DNA of 54,849 bases, counting the filler, from Sphacelaria rigidula (taxonomy: Eukaryota): the NCBI GenBank assembly GCA_964200075.2. It is 3 parts of 3 records of this genome, joined end to end, with 100 filler letters (N's around TTAATTAATTAA, not from the genome) between each part and the next. Parts side by side here need not be neighbours in the genome. Positions count along the whole stretch, not along the records: positions 36,640 to 54,849 come from CAXNAA020000894.1; 2 more parts are not named here. One strand, written 5' to 3'. The notes beneath the pieces were generated by a model that was not told the DNA's origin, did no database searches, and saw only the letters and a list, made by a program, of their open reading frames with translations. Position numbers and translations under genes: made by a program. The first letter of the stretch is position 1, and each line of letters starts with the position of its first letter. This document shows positions 39,601 through 52,150 of the stretch, one piece after another.

Positions 39601-40148
39601 AAGCGTTTAATTTCACTTTGGTTACCCCTATCTGTGGGAGGTACAGTAACATTTCGTAAAATCCTCTCGTCTCGTATGTTTTTCCCGAGAATATTGTGAA
39701 AAAAACAAACCGCAAGTACTGTAGCCATCTTGTATTTTTTTTCGTTCTTTTTTTTTTTTGCAAAATACGAGGGCAAAATACGAACCGGAAGAACCGGCCT
39801 CAGCCTTTTAGTGTGAAGACAGCAACAACAACAGCAACAAACGATAACTGTCGCCAACTACCTTTCCAATAATGTCAGGTTTGCCGGGAGGAAGGGTTGC
39901 TGGGGCCGGCCGGCGTCGTTCGTGTGCGCGCGCGCGGCATGAAAGCCCACGAGCGCGAGCGTTACACTTTGGATAGGTGCGCTCTCCAGGCAAAGTTCCT
40001 CTTCGCGGCCAAGCCGCCTCCGTCGTCTATGGATGAAGCAGCACTGCCATCATCAGAGGCAGCCAAAGACCCGCGTCAAATGAAGGACCGAGGAGACGTG
40101 GCGGAGGCGACATCAGACGAAGTGGAGGGTGGAGAATTAGAGCGATAG
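36640..40148 (+). CDS. Conserved uncharacterised protein with ParB/sulfiredoxin-like motifs, 5' end lost in gap
   Basis: Exon 36640-36826 (SKIKPVFSGCGRTIEQTLGEIRDGKTKPSELPMITVIWGPEDKQDGQPWFFSLTNRRLFVFT, donor GTGGGT) splices in phase 0 to exon 39879-40148 (VCREEGLLGPAGVVRVRARGMKAHERERYTLDRCALQAKFLF...*). Confidence 0.8.
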
Positions 40149-40931
40149 CGACTAGAGAGGGTCCTGGAGTTCAATCATTGACGCCCCCCGGTTTTTTTTT
40201 TTTTACGATAGTCAATCAGATTTGCCTCTACTCCTGTTTGTTGTTCAAAGGGGGTCACCTCTGTGGAGAAGTGTCTTGATACAGTTTGTCTGTTCCTTCG
40301 CTTGTCCTTTACAAGTAGTATATTGGTTTCAGTACACCGCGACCCTTTCGGACACGTCTGTGCCTCTTGACTGCGAGTATGTCGCTCGAGTAGTAGTTGA
40401 TCACTTCGAGAGAGATTCAGCCCACTCCAGGACTGAGCCTCCCCTCCCTGTACTGTTTGTCCTGTATAGGCACGTATGCTTCTTGTCGAGCCACGTTCGC
40501 ATCAAGGCAGCATGTACACGCATAATCTCAGTTTGTGCTTTCTCCCATTTCAATAGTTTGTAGCAAATACGAGTTGAACACTTTGGTCAAAAACGCGCCA
40601 TGAAAAGCTCCCATGGTCGTCAATACCGGTGACGAGGTTTCGAGATGCAAATGTTCCCCCAACACTTTAAAGCATGCGTCATTTCGTACAGACACGCACA
40701 TCAGAACGCGTACACTATCGTGAGGTTGATGGGGTACTGGTAGGGGGTCAGTACGACTCTCCTGGTTAGCATTTAAACTTTGTGAATCGGCTGTGATTAG
40801 TCAGCTGTTCGTCTTTACAGACCTAAACCAGCCGCATCTCCAACATCTCTGAAACGATTTCGCTTCCGGTGCCGTTCCGATTCGAATTTTGAAAATGAAG
40901 AAACAAAATGGCCTCATGGTTAACCTCTTAA

Positions 40932-41729
40932 CCCTTTGACCGCGAGGGTCGGTCACCTGCTGAATCGGCATCAGTATTCACATGTTCACTTGAAAAACGT
41001 AGGCTATGCATGATCCAGATGGACTACCCGCACCGCGGTCTGAGGGTTTACGCGGATGCTCTGTTTCCGGGGTGATTTCCGTTGACAGTCCCGAGAGTTG
41101 TCGAAATGATTATATTTGGAGCTGTTCCAACTTCACAAAGTGAACTTGGTTTCTGCTGCGGGTAAAAATTCAACTACCCGCTATTTTTTGCGACTTGATT
41201 CCTGCGACTCGATTTTTGTGACATTTATTTTGCTAGATTTTCCCACTCCAAAACCCCTATTGATTTCGGTATTTTGGGGATAACTTTGCCAAACAGAAAC
41301 CAAACGCATCTTGCTCCAAGGGGCACCCGGACACACAGCAGTTGCTGCTAACCCACCTAGTTTCATCCTCCAAATTGAAGTCTTGAGCAAGAACGCCCAG
41401 CGTTTGGTGCTCATGTACAAGGATGATTTGCGATCTATAGATGAACATTAAATGGACAACGACGCTTCCTATCTTCACGAATAATATGTTTTGGCCAGTA
41501 CGCGAGTAGCAGCGTTTTGCCATGTGCAATGATCGGTGGGTTCGCATCTGTCAGGTGGTACACCGTATGAGCCCTAGGAGCACCGGGAGACGGACACCTG
41601 AGAATCGACAACTCACACTTTAGTAGCGAAAATGGTACAACTCCAACGGATGGGAACACCGCGACAGTCAAAGGTTTCAACTGATACTAGAGCATCAAAA
41701 ACCGAAATCGCCAATGAGTTCCTAAAGGG
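40932..41729. mobile_element. Non-autonomous piggyBac-type element
   Basis: TTAA|CCCTTT ... AAAGGG|TTAA (TTAA at 40928-40931 and 41730-41733). Internal 41140-41400 is homologous, in inverted orientation, to 1580-1850. Confidence 0.7.
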
Positions 41730-42806
41730 TTAAAATGTACTGTTTGAGTGTCCTGTTTTAATGGTTTTCTAGCCGAAATCTCCTCGACTTCACGGTTTGA
41801 ACCCATGTCAAGTACTGTCGAGATACACTATCGCACTATTGATATATTGAGGAGCTCTTCAAACCATGCGTTCGACTGCTGTAGGAGCTTGATCGTAACG
41901 CTCGATTCCTATGTGTACTTGGAGGGTGGAACACCTTCCTGATGCGAACTTCGACAACCTCGAGATAAACTTGACGTTTTTACTCGTTGCCGAGAGACTG
42001 GCATGCGTATCAGCCTTTGGTTCAGCAAAGACTTCTCCCGTGACGTAGATGTGTCTATTCCAGGTTGATGTTGCGCAGACGAGATGTTGGAGGTTCTCCC
42101 ACCAGCCGCTGCTGCGCCTTGGGGTGTGGTACCGAGGACGATGGAATATCGATCGCATTACGGTAATCGTCAGGTGCGTAGCACACTAGGGCATCGCTTC
42201 ATGTCCATTGGATTTATGTTTTTTATTTTAGTAACGTGTTTCGCTGGCCGCCGCCGCCTCCGGAATCATCAAAACTATGCTGCATGCCGTAGCAGCAGGT
42301 GGCTGCTGTAAGTACAGAGGAGCGAATGGAATCTTGAACGCTTCGTTAGTGCAACAACTCCATTTCTCTCCCGGAACACAGCGTCTCTGCGCCTTCCCAT
42401 TTTTGCTCGAGATGCGATGTTGGCAGGATGTCACCGCAGTGGTTCTGCCTTTCTCAATCCTCGTCGGCGTAGATGAGACAACAAGCATTAGTCCAAACCG
42501 TCTTAGAACCATATTTGACAAACTGAGAGGGAGCAGCTCTCCCTCGGCGACTGCTCTCCTGTGAACAGTGCTCAGCGCAGAACTCACGACGCGTTGGATG
42601 AACCTACAGCCGAAAAAAAAAAGCGAAAAAAAGTAAGATTCCACAACCAAGTCAATCCCAACACCCTTCGCGAGCTAGCCCAACAAATACTTGCGCACCT
42701 TCGAGCTGCTCACCGCGAGGTGATGCATACGCCACCAACACCAGTTCGTGACACAGCCGGGAAGACCAACCTTCAGTGTGCGCTCTTCAGACAATTGGCA
42801 ACAACT

Positions 42807-45227
42807 TCAAGACACACAAAGAGAAGACCCAGCCGAAACCGTCCACTCCAAGTTCTTCACGAGCTGACACAACACAGACTTCCATGCTTTTTGGCTATTC
42901 ACAGAGGCAATCAGGACACCTCCAATAGATTTCTCCGTCTGCCTGAACGGCACCCCATACTGCCCCGCCCGCATTCCACCTCCTGCTCCTCTTTTCGACC
43001 CCTTAGTCCCCCCCGCCCCCACCACAGTCCACCCCGCGCCCCCATCCAAACGTCGTTCGAGCATGCGTCTCTCCAGGTGCACGATGACTTCAGTCGAGGA
43101 TGCCAGGAATGCCCTGATGGCGGCGGATAGGCGTTGTCCGTCTTCACCTTTACTGGAGCTGCCACTGCGTCCGCCGACACCACCACCCGAGCAAAATAGA
43201 TCATGGGCGAATAGGACAACAGATTCTTCGATGTCGCCTTGGGTTGCTCTTGTGGACGTTTCTTCTCTATCTCGGCTGCCGGGCTTTGGTCGTCCGGTCG
43301 CGAGCTAGTATCAGGTGGTGCAAACAGGGCGAAGGAGAGTCGTGGGAGTTGACGGTACAACGCTGAGGGAGCTTGCATATGTTGACCATGCATGTCACAA
43401 CCTTGTCATGATCCGACGTGAAAAATTACTACACCAGCGGTGTGATCCATAATCTTCAAGAACCATTAAGCAGCCGATCCGCAATGACAGCACACCTCCT
43501 CTCCTCACCATCCCATTACACCTACACAAAAATTAGAAAACGACATTGAAAAAACAGTATGCGACCCCATACATCAACCCCGTGTATCTCTTGTTCACTG
43601 GCCAGCCTCCTCTCAGCTATCTTCTCACACCTCTGATGGATTAATATGGCTTCAGCAAATGAATAAATATTGGTCAATATACTGGAATATGGAGATATTT
43701 GACCACATAAATTGAGCACATGCTTCGTAGCATGTACTGAACACAAACAGTATTATATTTCGCAACGCACTTGGAAGTCATCCTATCGCCGGAGCAATAT
43801 TTTATGGAGCGCTTAACGGGTGCCTACGTTGCCCCAAGGACACATCCCAAGCATGTGTTGCGAAGGATGTACCAAACGATCTATACATCACATCAAACTA
43901 ATACGAAAACAAACAGCGGAACTTCAGCAAAGGGGTCGTACTGCACTTCAAGTGAACTCCGAATAACATTCCATCAACTGGTCATCTACGACTCGACTTC
44001 TCTAGCCGAATAGACTTTCTGCCAGCGGCCCGTGAAAAGGCGCATGTGCGGTAACCTTCGTTTGGACTGGGCCACCTTCATACCACCATACAGTAGCGTA
44101 CATGTACTGATGTGCTGTCACCAGTCACTTCGCCAGGTATGTGAAGTGTGTGGGGGTCTTTACAGCGCGGTAAAGCGTGATGTACCTCCTGGTGATATTT
44201 TGCCGTAAGTACGCAGTGAAGTAGGGTGGCGCATCCTTTCATGTCACACAAGCGCCAGCGCAGTACCGTGCAACACGCGTTTGTGCATGGCAGTGCATCA
44301 GTGCCTTTCAACGCCGAAGTGTTTAGCCTCGCACATGCTGCCCAGCGTGGCTTTTCATGCGTGAGCCACCATCTTTTCCACGGTTCGGACGAATCAGACT
44401 TCGCACGGGTTGACTCCCCATGAGTCTTCAACGCGAATCATGTACCACAGAGTCATCCGGTATGCATCACGGATGGTCACGTTGTTGTACGTTCAAGGTC
44501 GTCCCACACGAATCATGAACCCGAAACATGTGCGAATAACAAGTTGTGTACGAATCGTTTGATTGATTCGTACCAATGTTGAATATGAGGCGAATCACGA
44601 TCTTATTCGTACCGAACAACAATGCATTGCCATCTCAGAACAATAGTTTCCAGTGGTCGCGACCGCGCCTACACTAGTAGGTGCATGACGTCAATACACA
44701 CAAACAACTGTTTCTGTACCAAGACCATCAACCCCAATCGTGGCATGGCTCCCTGCACAACTTCAACGAACCACATGGAAAAGTCTCGATGCCTTCATTC
44801 AAGTTTATCCAGCTTCATAGTAAGTAGTGTTGGTACCATTCCTTTAATTTGACTTGCGTATGATCAAACGTACCAACACCCGAGGCAGCCGTGCTGTGCG
44901 TATCAAAATGTACAGCGTGTGGCACGGCATCGCTGCAACACACCACACACCCAAGATATCAGCCGAGGGGGCCGCTGGTGCATGACTCGTGCGCATCATG
45001 ACTGACTCGCTCCGCCACCATTGATGACTGCTGGCTCTAAGCGTTTGTGCTATCACGACGCGCCCCCTCGAAAACAAAAACCGACTCTTGATATGCCTCA
45101 CGCCGTTGGGCATTTGCGAATGAAGTCCCCACATCCAGAGCGGCAGCAGTTGAATCTTCCGTGGAGCGTTGTGTCATTTGAAGCACTGCACTTGGAACTG
45201 GTGAGCCTGATTGTGCCGGAGCGTAGA

Positions 45228-45270
<43 letters not shown>

Positions 45271-48200
45271 GCCAAAGATGCTCCCTGTATGACCCGTACC
45301 AGTATGGCCCGTATCCGTACGCCCCCCGTAATACCTCTTCTCATACTGGTGGATACTGTTGATACTGCGTTTTTTGCAGCCTCATACTGGGTATTTTTAC
45401 TGCCTGGTACACGCGGATACTGCTGGTAATGCGTATTGTGCCGCCTGATACTGACGGATATTGGCGATAAGGGGCATTATTGCCTCCTGATGCTGGCGGA
45501 TACTGGCGATACTGCGTATTTTGCCCTCCTGATACTGGCGGATACTGGCGATACTAGGTATCTTGCAACCTTATACTGGTGGATACTGGCGATACTGGGT
45601 ATTTTCGCCTCGTGATACTGGCGGATACTGGCCGTGCCCAGTATGCGGGTACGGGTGATACTGTACTGGATACTGGCGCCGTGCGGGACACGGGGAGCAT
45701 CTTTGTATGGAGCATATGTCGGTGGGGGGATCATTGTATTCTTGCACAGCTCCTGCGCGCGACAACCTTGATTTTTTACTCAAGCAAAATCGGGCGTATT
45801 AATGCCGTCCGTGCAAGTGCTTCTTGAAAATCGAAAAGAGGAAACAGCGGCGGAGCAGTGCAACTGCGGACCCGCGCTGAGGCGATACGGCGACGAGTCG
45901 AATAATCCCATCATAGTTCGGACAAGAAGCTGGATTCCACCGTATTGCGAATTTTGGCGCTACAAGCTGAACGACGAGTGTATCGTGTGTGAGAGAGAGA
46001 GGATTAGCAGAGCCCACGCCATGCAGCATACCATGCATGCCGTTGTATTTGGTTCAAGGCGTTTCAGCCTGTGTCATTCCAAACTAAATCGTACTCTTCG
46101 GAACTCTTCTTTCATTATTTTTATCATTTCCTCCTGCGGGGAAAACACCTGTTTCGTCCCTTCACTTGAACTATCAATATCCAACCCACCAGAGAGTTGA
46201 AGCGCGACGGTGAGCTGCATGTCACGTATCCGTGAATGCAGGCGTTTGATGATATGATGATCATGTCCACAATATCTTTAAATGCGCTTGCGTACATATA
46301 TATCACAGATCCAGTGATAATCCCGATCATACGACACACACAAAGAAAGAGAAATCCAGGAGAAACGAATGTAATTGAAACCAGCATGCGGTACTCTTTC
46401 TTCTGCCGAACATGCTTGTTCCACACGCAGCGGAACCTCGTCGAGATCGAATCCCATCCCCAGTCTCACTGAAGAAGTAACAAGAGGCTTTCAAATAATC
46501 ACTCGCAATGCCCCATTTTGTTCGTCAACAACGTGCACATTCGTCATTTTCCACCCTTGCCCTTCCTCGGGACGAGTCCGCGGCATCAATTCTAGAGGGA
46601 TCAATATCTATCTCCCCCAGTGGAATGGCGAGACATCCATGAGGGAGTGTATAAGCTGTTACTGTCTCAGGAAGTGGCAATACCAGAAAATGAAGCAACT
46701 CATTGGAGGCTTTCATCCGAATGCAAGATAATCAGTACGCTTCGGGCCGAACAACGTTACAGGGCGCAGCTCACCATGCGACTCGCCGAACACACCACGG
46801 CGCTTCGCGCTTGGTGATTGAGTGCGAGCAAGTTCCAGCGGAAACCCGGCGTGCTCCGTCCCGGCTTTGTAGGGATGCGAGGTCAATGGTCACATGACTA
46901 TGGCATGCAAGATCATCATGAAATCACCCCCCCCCCCGGTACCGCCAAATCAAATCCCCGCGGCTCATACCTCGACAACCCTTGAAGCGCCGTTCAACGG
47001 TACGAGTCTGAACCGTTGGGAACAAAAGCCGATGGCGTTGGAGACACAGCGAAGCAGGAGTACTGCCTGCGAAAACAAGCAAGGTAGGACGGAGGGGGCA
47101 GAGGAGACTCCATGTAATTTAGTGATTCATCATTTATCTACACCTCGTTCTGCACTCTGAATCATGCACAGAGAGAGTAAGTAGCCAGCACGTATGACCG
47201 CACACCCGCCCCAAAACATGAGCTGCGCAGGAAATTCGTAGCAAGCCCTAACTTAGGAATGGGACAGGATTGATCGCACCACCCGATCGTGCACTTCCGA
47301 CAATTTGGCCATCAAATAAAAACGGGGGAGTCCCTAGCGTCCGCCTACCGATTCTCACGAATGATCCTATGATGGAGGGGGGGGGGGTACTCATTTGTTG
47401 CTTGCCTTAGTCATTTGACCGCTTCATGAGTACGACGGAGAAGGGGGGGGGGGGGGGTGTACTCATGATGTTGCATGTCATAGTCATAAGACCATTGACC
47501 TTGCATCCCTACATACCCAGGACGGAGAACGCTGGCTTTTCGCCGGACCAGGCTGGCACTCTATCACCAGCGCCAAGCGCCGTGGTGTGTTCGGATGGTC
47601 ACATGAAGGGTTAGTTGCATCCTGCTAAGATTGTTCGGCCCGAAGCCTGCTGTTATCTTGCATTTGGATCACAGCCTACAATGAGTTCGATAGAGGGGGG
47701 AGGGGTGTTTGATTGGACGAACCACAGGAGTTCACGGGTGTGATACACAATCCCACACACTCATGATGGGAGTGTATGTGAATGGAAACGTTGTCAAGCG
47801 GTGTCAAAAAGGGTGTAACGTTGACACCAATACCAACATCACTCGAGTCAACTTTGCTGCCTAAAATCGACGCTTCAAAGCGTTTCAATGGCCCTCCTGT
47901 GGCAAGTGCCAGAAGTGGCTCGTGAATACTCCCCCGCCATCACTCCCCACACCTGTCGTGGGATCATTCTCGCGCCTCAAATGACCTCATTTCGGTACAT
48001 GGAAGATCATCATGTAAATACCATCATGTAGTAGCGTGTGTCGTGTCCGACACAAGCGCGGGGGCGACGTGTGCGCTGGAGTGAAATTGAACATCATACA
48101 TGATCGAACTGTGCATACTTTCCCAGCCAACTAACACATGAAGCACAAGCTGCTGCATGTATGCCGAATCGTCAAGGGGTGGGGTGCACATGTGCTCCGC

Positions 48201-51200
48201 AGAGCTCAGGCGGTAGTAAACAAACGCCCGTGTGAGTGATGGCGTGCGTTGCTCACCTGTCCCCAAGCAGCGTTGATTTCATTCCAGTGCAACTGCTGCC
48301 TCTCGTCGGGTGCCCTCCCAAGCCGATACCCATTTATGGAAGGAAATCCCTTCACGTGACTGATCACGAACATATCGCTCAGGGTCGATCGTTCGGAGAG
48401 ATCCGATGCCGCTTCCGCCACCTGCGGAGCGAAATCGAACAAGGAAGAGGGAACGGAGGGATCAAGTTTGCTTTCGACAGCAGCCAGAGATCGACCTGTA
48501 TCAGCCCCGAACTGGGCGATACCCCAAGCAAGACACGCGCGACACTACCCTTCTCACTGAAAGCAAAACACGATACAAAAAATATCGATCGAAGGGAAGC
48601 GACGCGAAAGGAGCAAAAGGGTTGGCCTGAAATATATACAACAGGGTCAGCAAGAAACAGGCGGCACATTGGACAAGCGAGCTGCACCACTGAAGTTGAA
48701 ATATGACAGGAAATCAGACGAAAATCCAGAAAAAATCATTTTCAACCTGCCGCGAATCTTTCAGCAGCTCCCTGCACTCGTCCCCGAGCACCCCTCGCGC
48801 ATGCGCCAGCTCCGCCAGGGCCGACCATGTCTTCGACCCCCTCCCGCGCAACGCCTCTCGCTGGGCTTCCAGCGACCTCAATTCCTTCCTCAGCTGCGCG
48901 CTCGTCTGATGCGCCACTCGCAACGCATGAGCAAACGTGGACAACACCTCGCTGCCGCCAGAATTCGGAGCGACTTTTCGAGCTTCATCGGGAGAGGATG
49001 CATTGCTACTTGTGGTTGGAGCTGTCCCGCTCCCGCCACCTGTTTCTACTGCTGTCATCGCTCCCGAGGTAACTTTTGCGGCATGAACCACTCCGTCTCT
49101 CCCCGCCGGGGCATTAACATTTGCAGCCCCCGCTTCAGAACTGTTTCCAGCACCACTTTTGCCGGTATCGCCGGGTTGCCCCGAAGTTGCTGGCCTGGAT
49201 GACGAGACACTGGCACCGCGTCCGCCGTCGTTGCTGCCGATAGCACTTGCCTCCTGGCTTGCTCTTGAAGGTTCTGCTGAATCCACGGCACTGGCTGTGC
49301 GGGTTGCTCCGTCAAATGGGGCGGCAACAGCGCCGGGGGCTGGCACCGGAGCCGACGGGATATTATCGTTTATGTCTTCGATGCCGTCCAAGAACTGCAT
49401 GAAGTCTCGGTAGGCTAAGGCGTCTCTCTCCGCGAGGCGGGTGTCATCGTCTATTCGCTCCAGAAGGGACGCGTAGCAGTGGCAGCAGAGGGTCGGGTCT
49501 TCTTCTTCGTCATCATCCGCATCCCTGTCTTCGTCGTCGTCGTCGTTGCTGCTTTCGCCTTCTCAGCCACCAGTGCCGTTGTCATGGCGTTCGCGAACGA
49601 GCATAAAACAACGAGTACAGATCAAGCGATATCTCTATTGAGGCAAAGAAGAGACAAATGGACCGATAGTGTGCCCTAGGCCGTCGTGTAAACAAAAGGA
49701 GTCGGGAGAGGCAACCTTTGCTGTCTCAGTTCAGGTGGCGCACAAAAGTCAAGACGAAACCGTCAATCGTGATCATAAACAAATCAGCCTTCGTTTGCAA
49801 AACCGAAAACCCTCTCCCTCCCCCGGGTAGCAAAGTCCCGCTTGCTACGGTGAATTTCCCATCATGCGTCGAGTTAGACGTCTTGAATGCTTCCTTGGGC
49901 ACTACAACACCAGATACTACAAACCGCAGGCGAAAAGACGGCAGAGTAGGCATATCCGGCAGACGTCTCCCCCCCTGCCTCGCCCAATCAAGAAAAGAGG
50001 TCGGTACCCTACCCTACTCTCACCATCTCGCGTTTCGGCTACTGCTGCTGCCGCCTGTCGCCTAGCGGGACGCTTGGACAACTCATGCAGGTGTGATTCC
50101 CGCCGCACGTTGTCGCTGAGGCCGGCGTGCGAGATCTGTACGATGCTCTCAAGCATGGACGACCCGTTTCCGAAACCCGATCCGGTCCAACCCCCCAGTC
50201 CAGAACCATACCCAGACCTTGTTTGGTCCATTATATTCGAGAAAAAGTGGTTGTGCATGGGGATTGAGGCAAGCTCAGTTTAAAACACACGAGTGGATGA
50301 TGCGATCGCCGTGCTTGTAATTCAAGATAGGATCCAAGCATGGGGGGTATCAAGGCCAAGGCGTTACGGTGAAGATAACATGACCATGGGTTCCGGTGAT
50401 AACTGGAAATGTAGCTGGGAAAATGATCAGGAATCACCAATGCCGTTGACGCAGTACATATAATGCTTTTCATACAAGATATTTTCCAACAAAAAAAGAA
50501 CTATGCGGTTGAAGCAGGAAAAAATTCACACGCATACAGGCGCGCGCATACACAGGGATCGACATTGAATCGTTGGGAAAAATAAAATCACCTCTGCCTC
50601 TCTTCCCTAGCCCTACTTCGCCCTCCCCTCCCCCCGCCCACCCTTCCTTACGATTGAATAGCAAGTATACCTGTCCAACACTCGCGAATATCCGTCCGCC
50701 GGGCCACTGAGGATCACCCCGGAACCATTCCCGATACCGGTCCCCACCGAACCAGATCCTCCTCCTCCCGTGGCGTCCAAACTGGAATTGTAATACGATG
50801 ATCTCAATCTCGACCCGTTTTCTGACCATCCCGATCCACCAACACCATCATGGTGAACATTAGGCACCCGTACTCCTGTCGCACCAGCAGTAGCCGCAGT
50901 GGACACGAAGCTCATCTCGCGCGACGTTACAGCCGGCTTCATAACCATGTCACTGCCGTCGTTATCCCCGGCCCTGCTGTTGCCATCACCACCGCCGCCG
51001 GTCCTCGAGAGCGAAAAGTAGGACTCGGAAAGGAGTGGGGTGGAGTCTGGTAGGACTACAAAGCTTTCCTCTCCGCTGCCGCCGTGGTGACCCGCTCCGC
51101 CTCCGAGTCCATTTCTGCCTCCTACCCGTCGACCGGCTTCTTGGGCGGACGGGCTGTTGCTTCTCACGTTATCACCGGCGGCTAGAGCGTACGGGTGTTC

Positions 51201-51651
51201 AAGGTATAGTCGAGAGTAGCGGTCGCGGCGGGAAGTGGAAAGTTGCTGTGCAGGAGTGAAGTGCAGAGGCAGAAGCCAGGGCTGGAGCATGACCAAAAAA
51301 CGCTGGATTTTGGTGTCGCACTATTGTATAGTTGTGGTATAGTTGACTGCTGCGGTTTCATCACATTCTGTAGCAGTGGATGCAGCCAGTACAACACGCC
51401 ATGCATAGCAAGTACAAGACTCCATCCACAACCCATCACGCGGATACGGCCATAGACCACTCTTCCCTACCTGGTATGTAAGGTTCCCCGCAAACGCAAC
51501 ATCTTGGCGTGGCCGACAGGAGACCCCAATCCAACTCGGTCGTATGCACAGCAGGAGAAGGTGCCGACGGTTGGGGCGGGCTTGGACGTTGATGCTGATC
51601 GGCCTCTGTGGCGGGGGCAGTCTCGAACTCTCTGGGCAATGGCCTGCGCAT
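42807..51651 (-). CDS. ATG6: Beclin-1/ATG6 (Vps30) autophagy protein, 7 exons, about 818 aa
   Basis: Exons 51471-51651, 50671-51181, 50024-50217, 48747-49558, 48257-48421, 46971-47066 and 42807-43304, phase-consistent and 2457 nt in total. Motifs: CxxC near the N-terminus, ESFVVL, PTLCCHC, a coiled coil, then BARA-domain FVISHVKGFPSINGYRLGR...WNEINAAWGQAVLLL...FRLVPL...AAIRAFL...VPFRQTEKSIGG...AWKSVLCQLVKNLEW. The start codon and the acceptors of exons 2 and 4 are less certain. Confidence 0.92.
44379..44615. mobile_element. Degenerate element with the same hAT-type left TIR
   Basis: Begins cacggttcggacgaatca. The right end is decayed (attcgtaccgaac) and no TSD is visible. Confidence 0.45.
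45229..45267. repeat. (TA)n microsatellite
   Basis: Direct reading. Confidence 0.98.
45273..45705. mobile_element. hAT-type MITE with internal GATACTGGCG minisatellite
   Basis: 13-bp perfect TIR CAAAGATGCTCCC/GGGAGCATCTTTG. 8-bp TSD TATGTAGC / TATGGAGC (7 of 8 match). Many internal gatactgg(cg) units. Confidence 0.85.
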
Positions 51652-51939
51652 CTCGTTGCGTATGTCGAACCTGCGATGTAGATCGTCAAGAGCACGCAGT
51701 CGCGAAAACAATGGTTGCTACCGTGAGTGTACCACCAACGCAACGGTGGCCCTTGGTGAGACTAGTCTTCACAGCCTACACCCCAGCACCGCACTGCCGG
51801 TATCGTGGTACCGCAGCACGATATCACCCGTGAGGCCGACGACCTAGCTCCGGTTTGCCACGAAAAGATGACGGCGCACAGGACGCCCTCGCGGAAGGAC
51901 GACTTTTTCTACATTTTGTATCGCCCCATCCTGCGTATC

Positions 51940-52150
51940 AGAGGTATCTCAAACTCGGCTCCCGGTATCCTGGTTTATTCGCTGGCCCTGAGTTGTGTAC
52001 TGTTTTTTCAAGTGAACGCGATCGTGATTTATGAGAGGACCTGACCTGGCAGTCAAACCGTCTCATCATCTGATGAATCGGCATCACTTTCACTTGAAAG
52101 AATAGAACAAAACAAACCAGGATACCGGGAGCCGAGTTTGAGATACCTCT
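51940..52150. mobile_element. MITE with 37-bp perfect TIRs upstream of ATG6
   Basis: AGAGGTATCTCAAACTCGGCTCCCGGTATCCTGGTTT (51940-51976) and its exact reverse complement (52114-52150). Related termini occur at 29981-30011 and 30061-30146. Confidence 0.85.

Noticed and set aside
44873..44932. Candidate ATG6 exon (MPCHTLYILIRTARLPRVL)
   Set aside because: Wrong phase; exon 46971-47066 supplies the expected AVLLL...FRLVPL segment.
46775..46870. Apparent exon with a GTGAGC donor on the minus strand
   Set aside because: It is a copy of the interspersed repeat also seen at 8255 and 47450.
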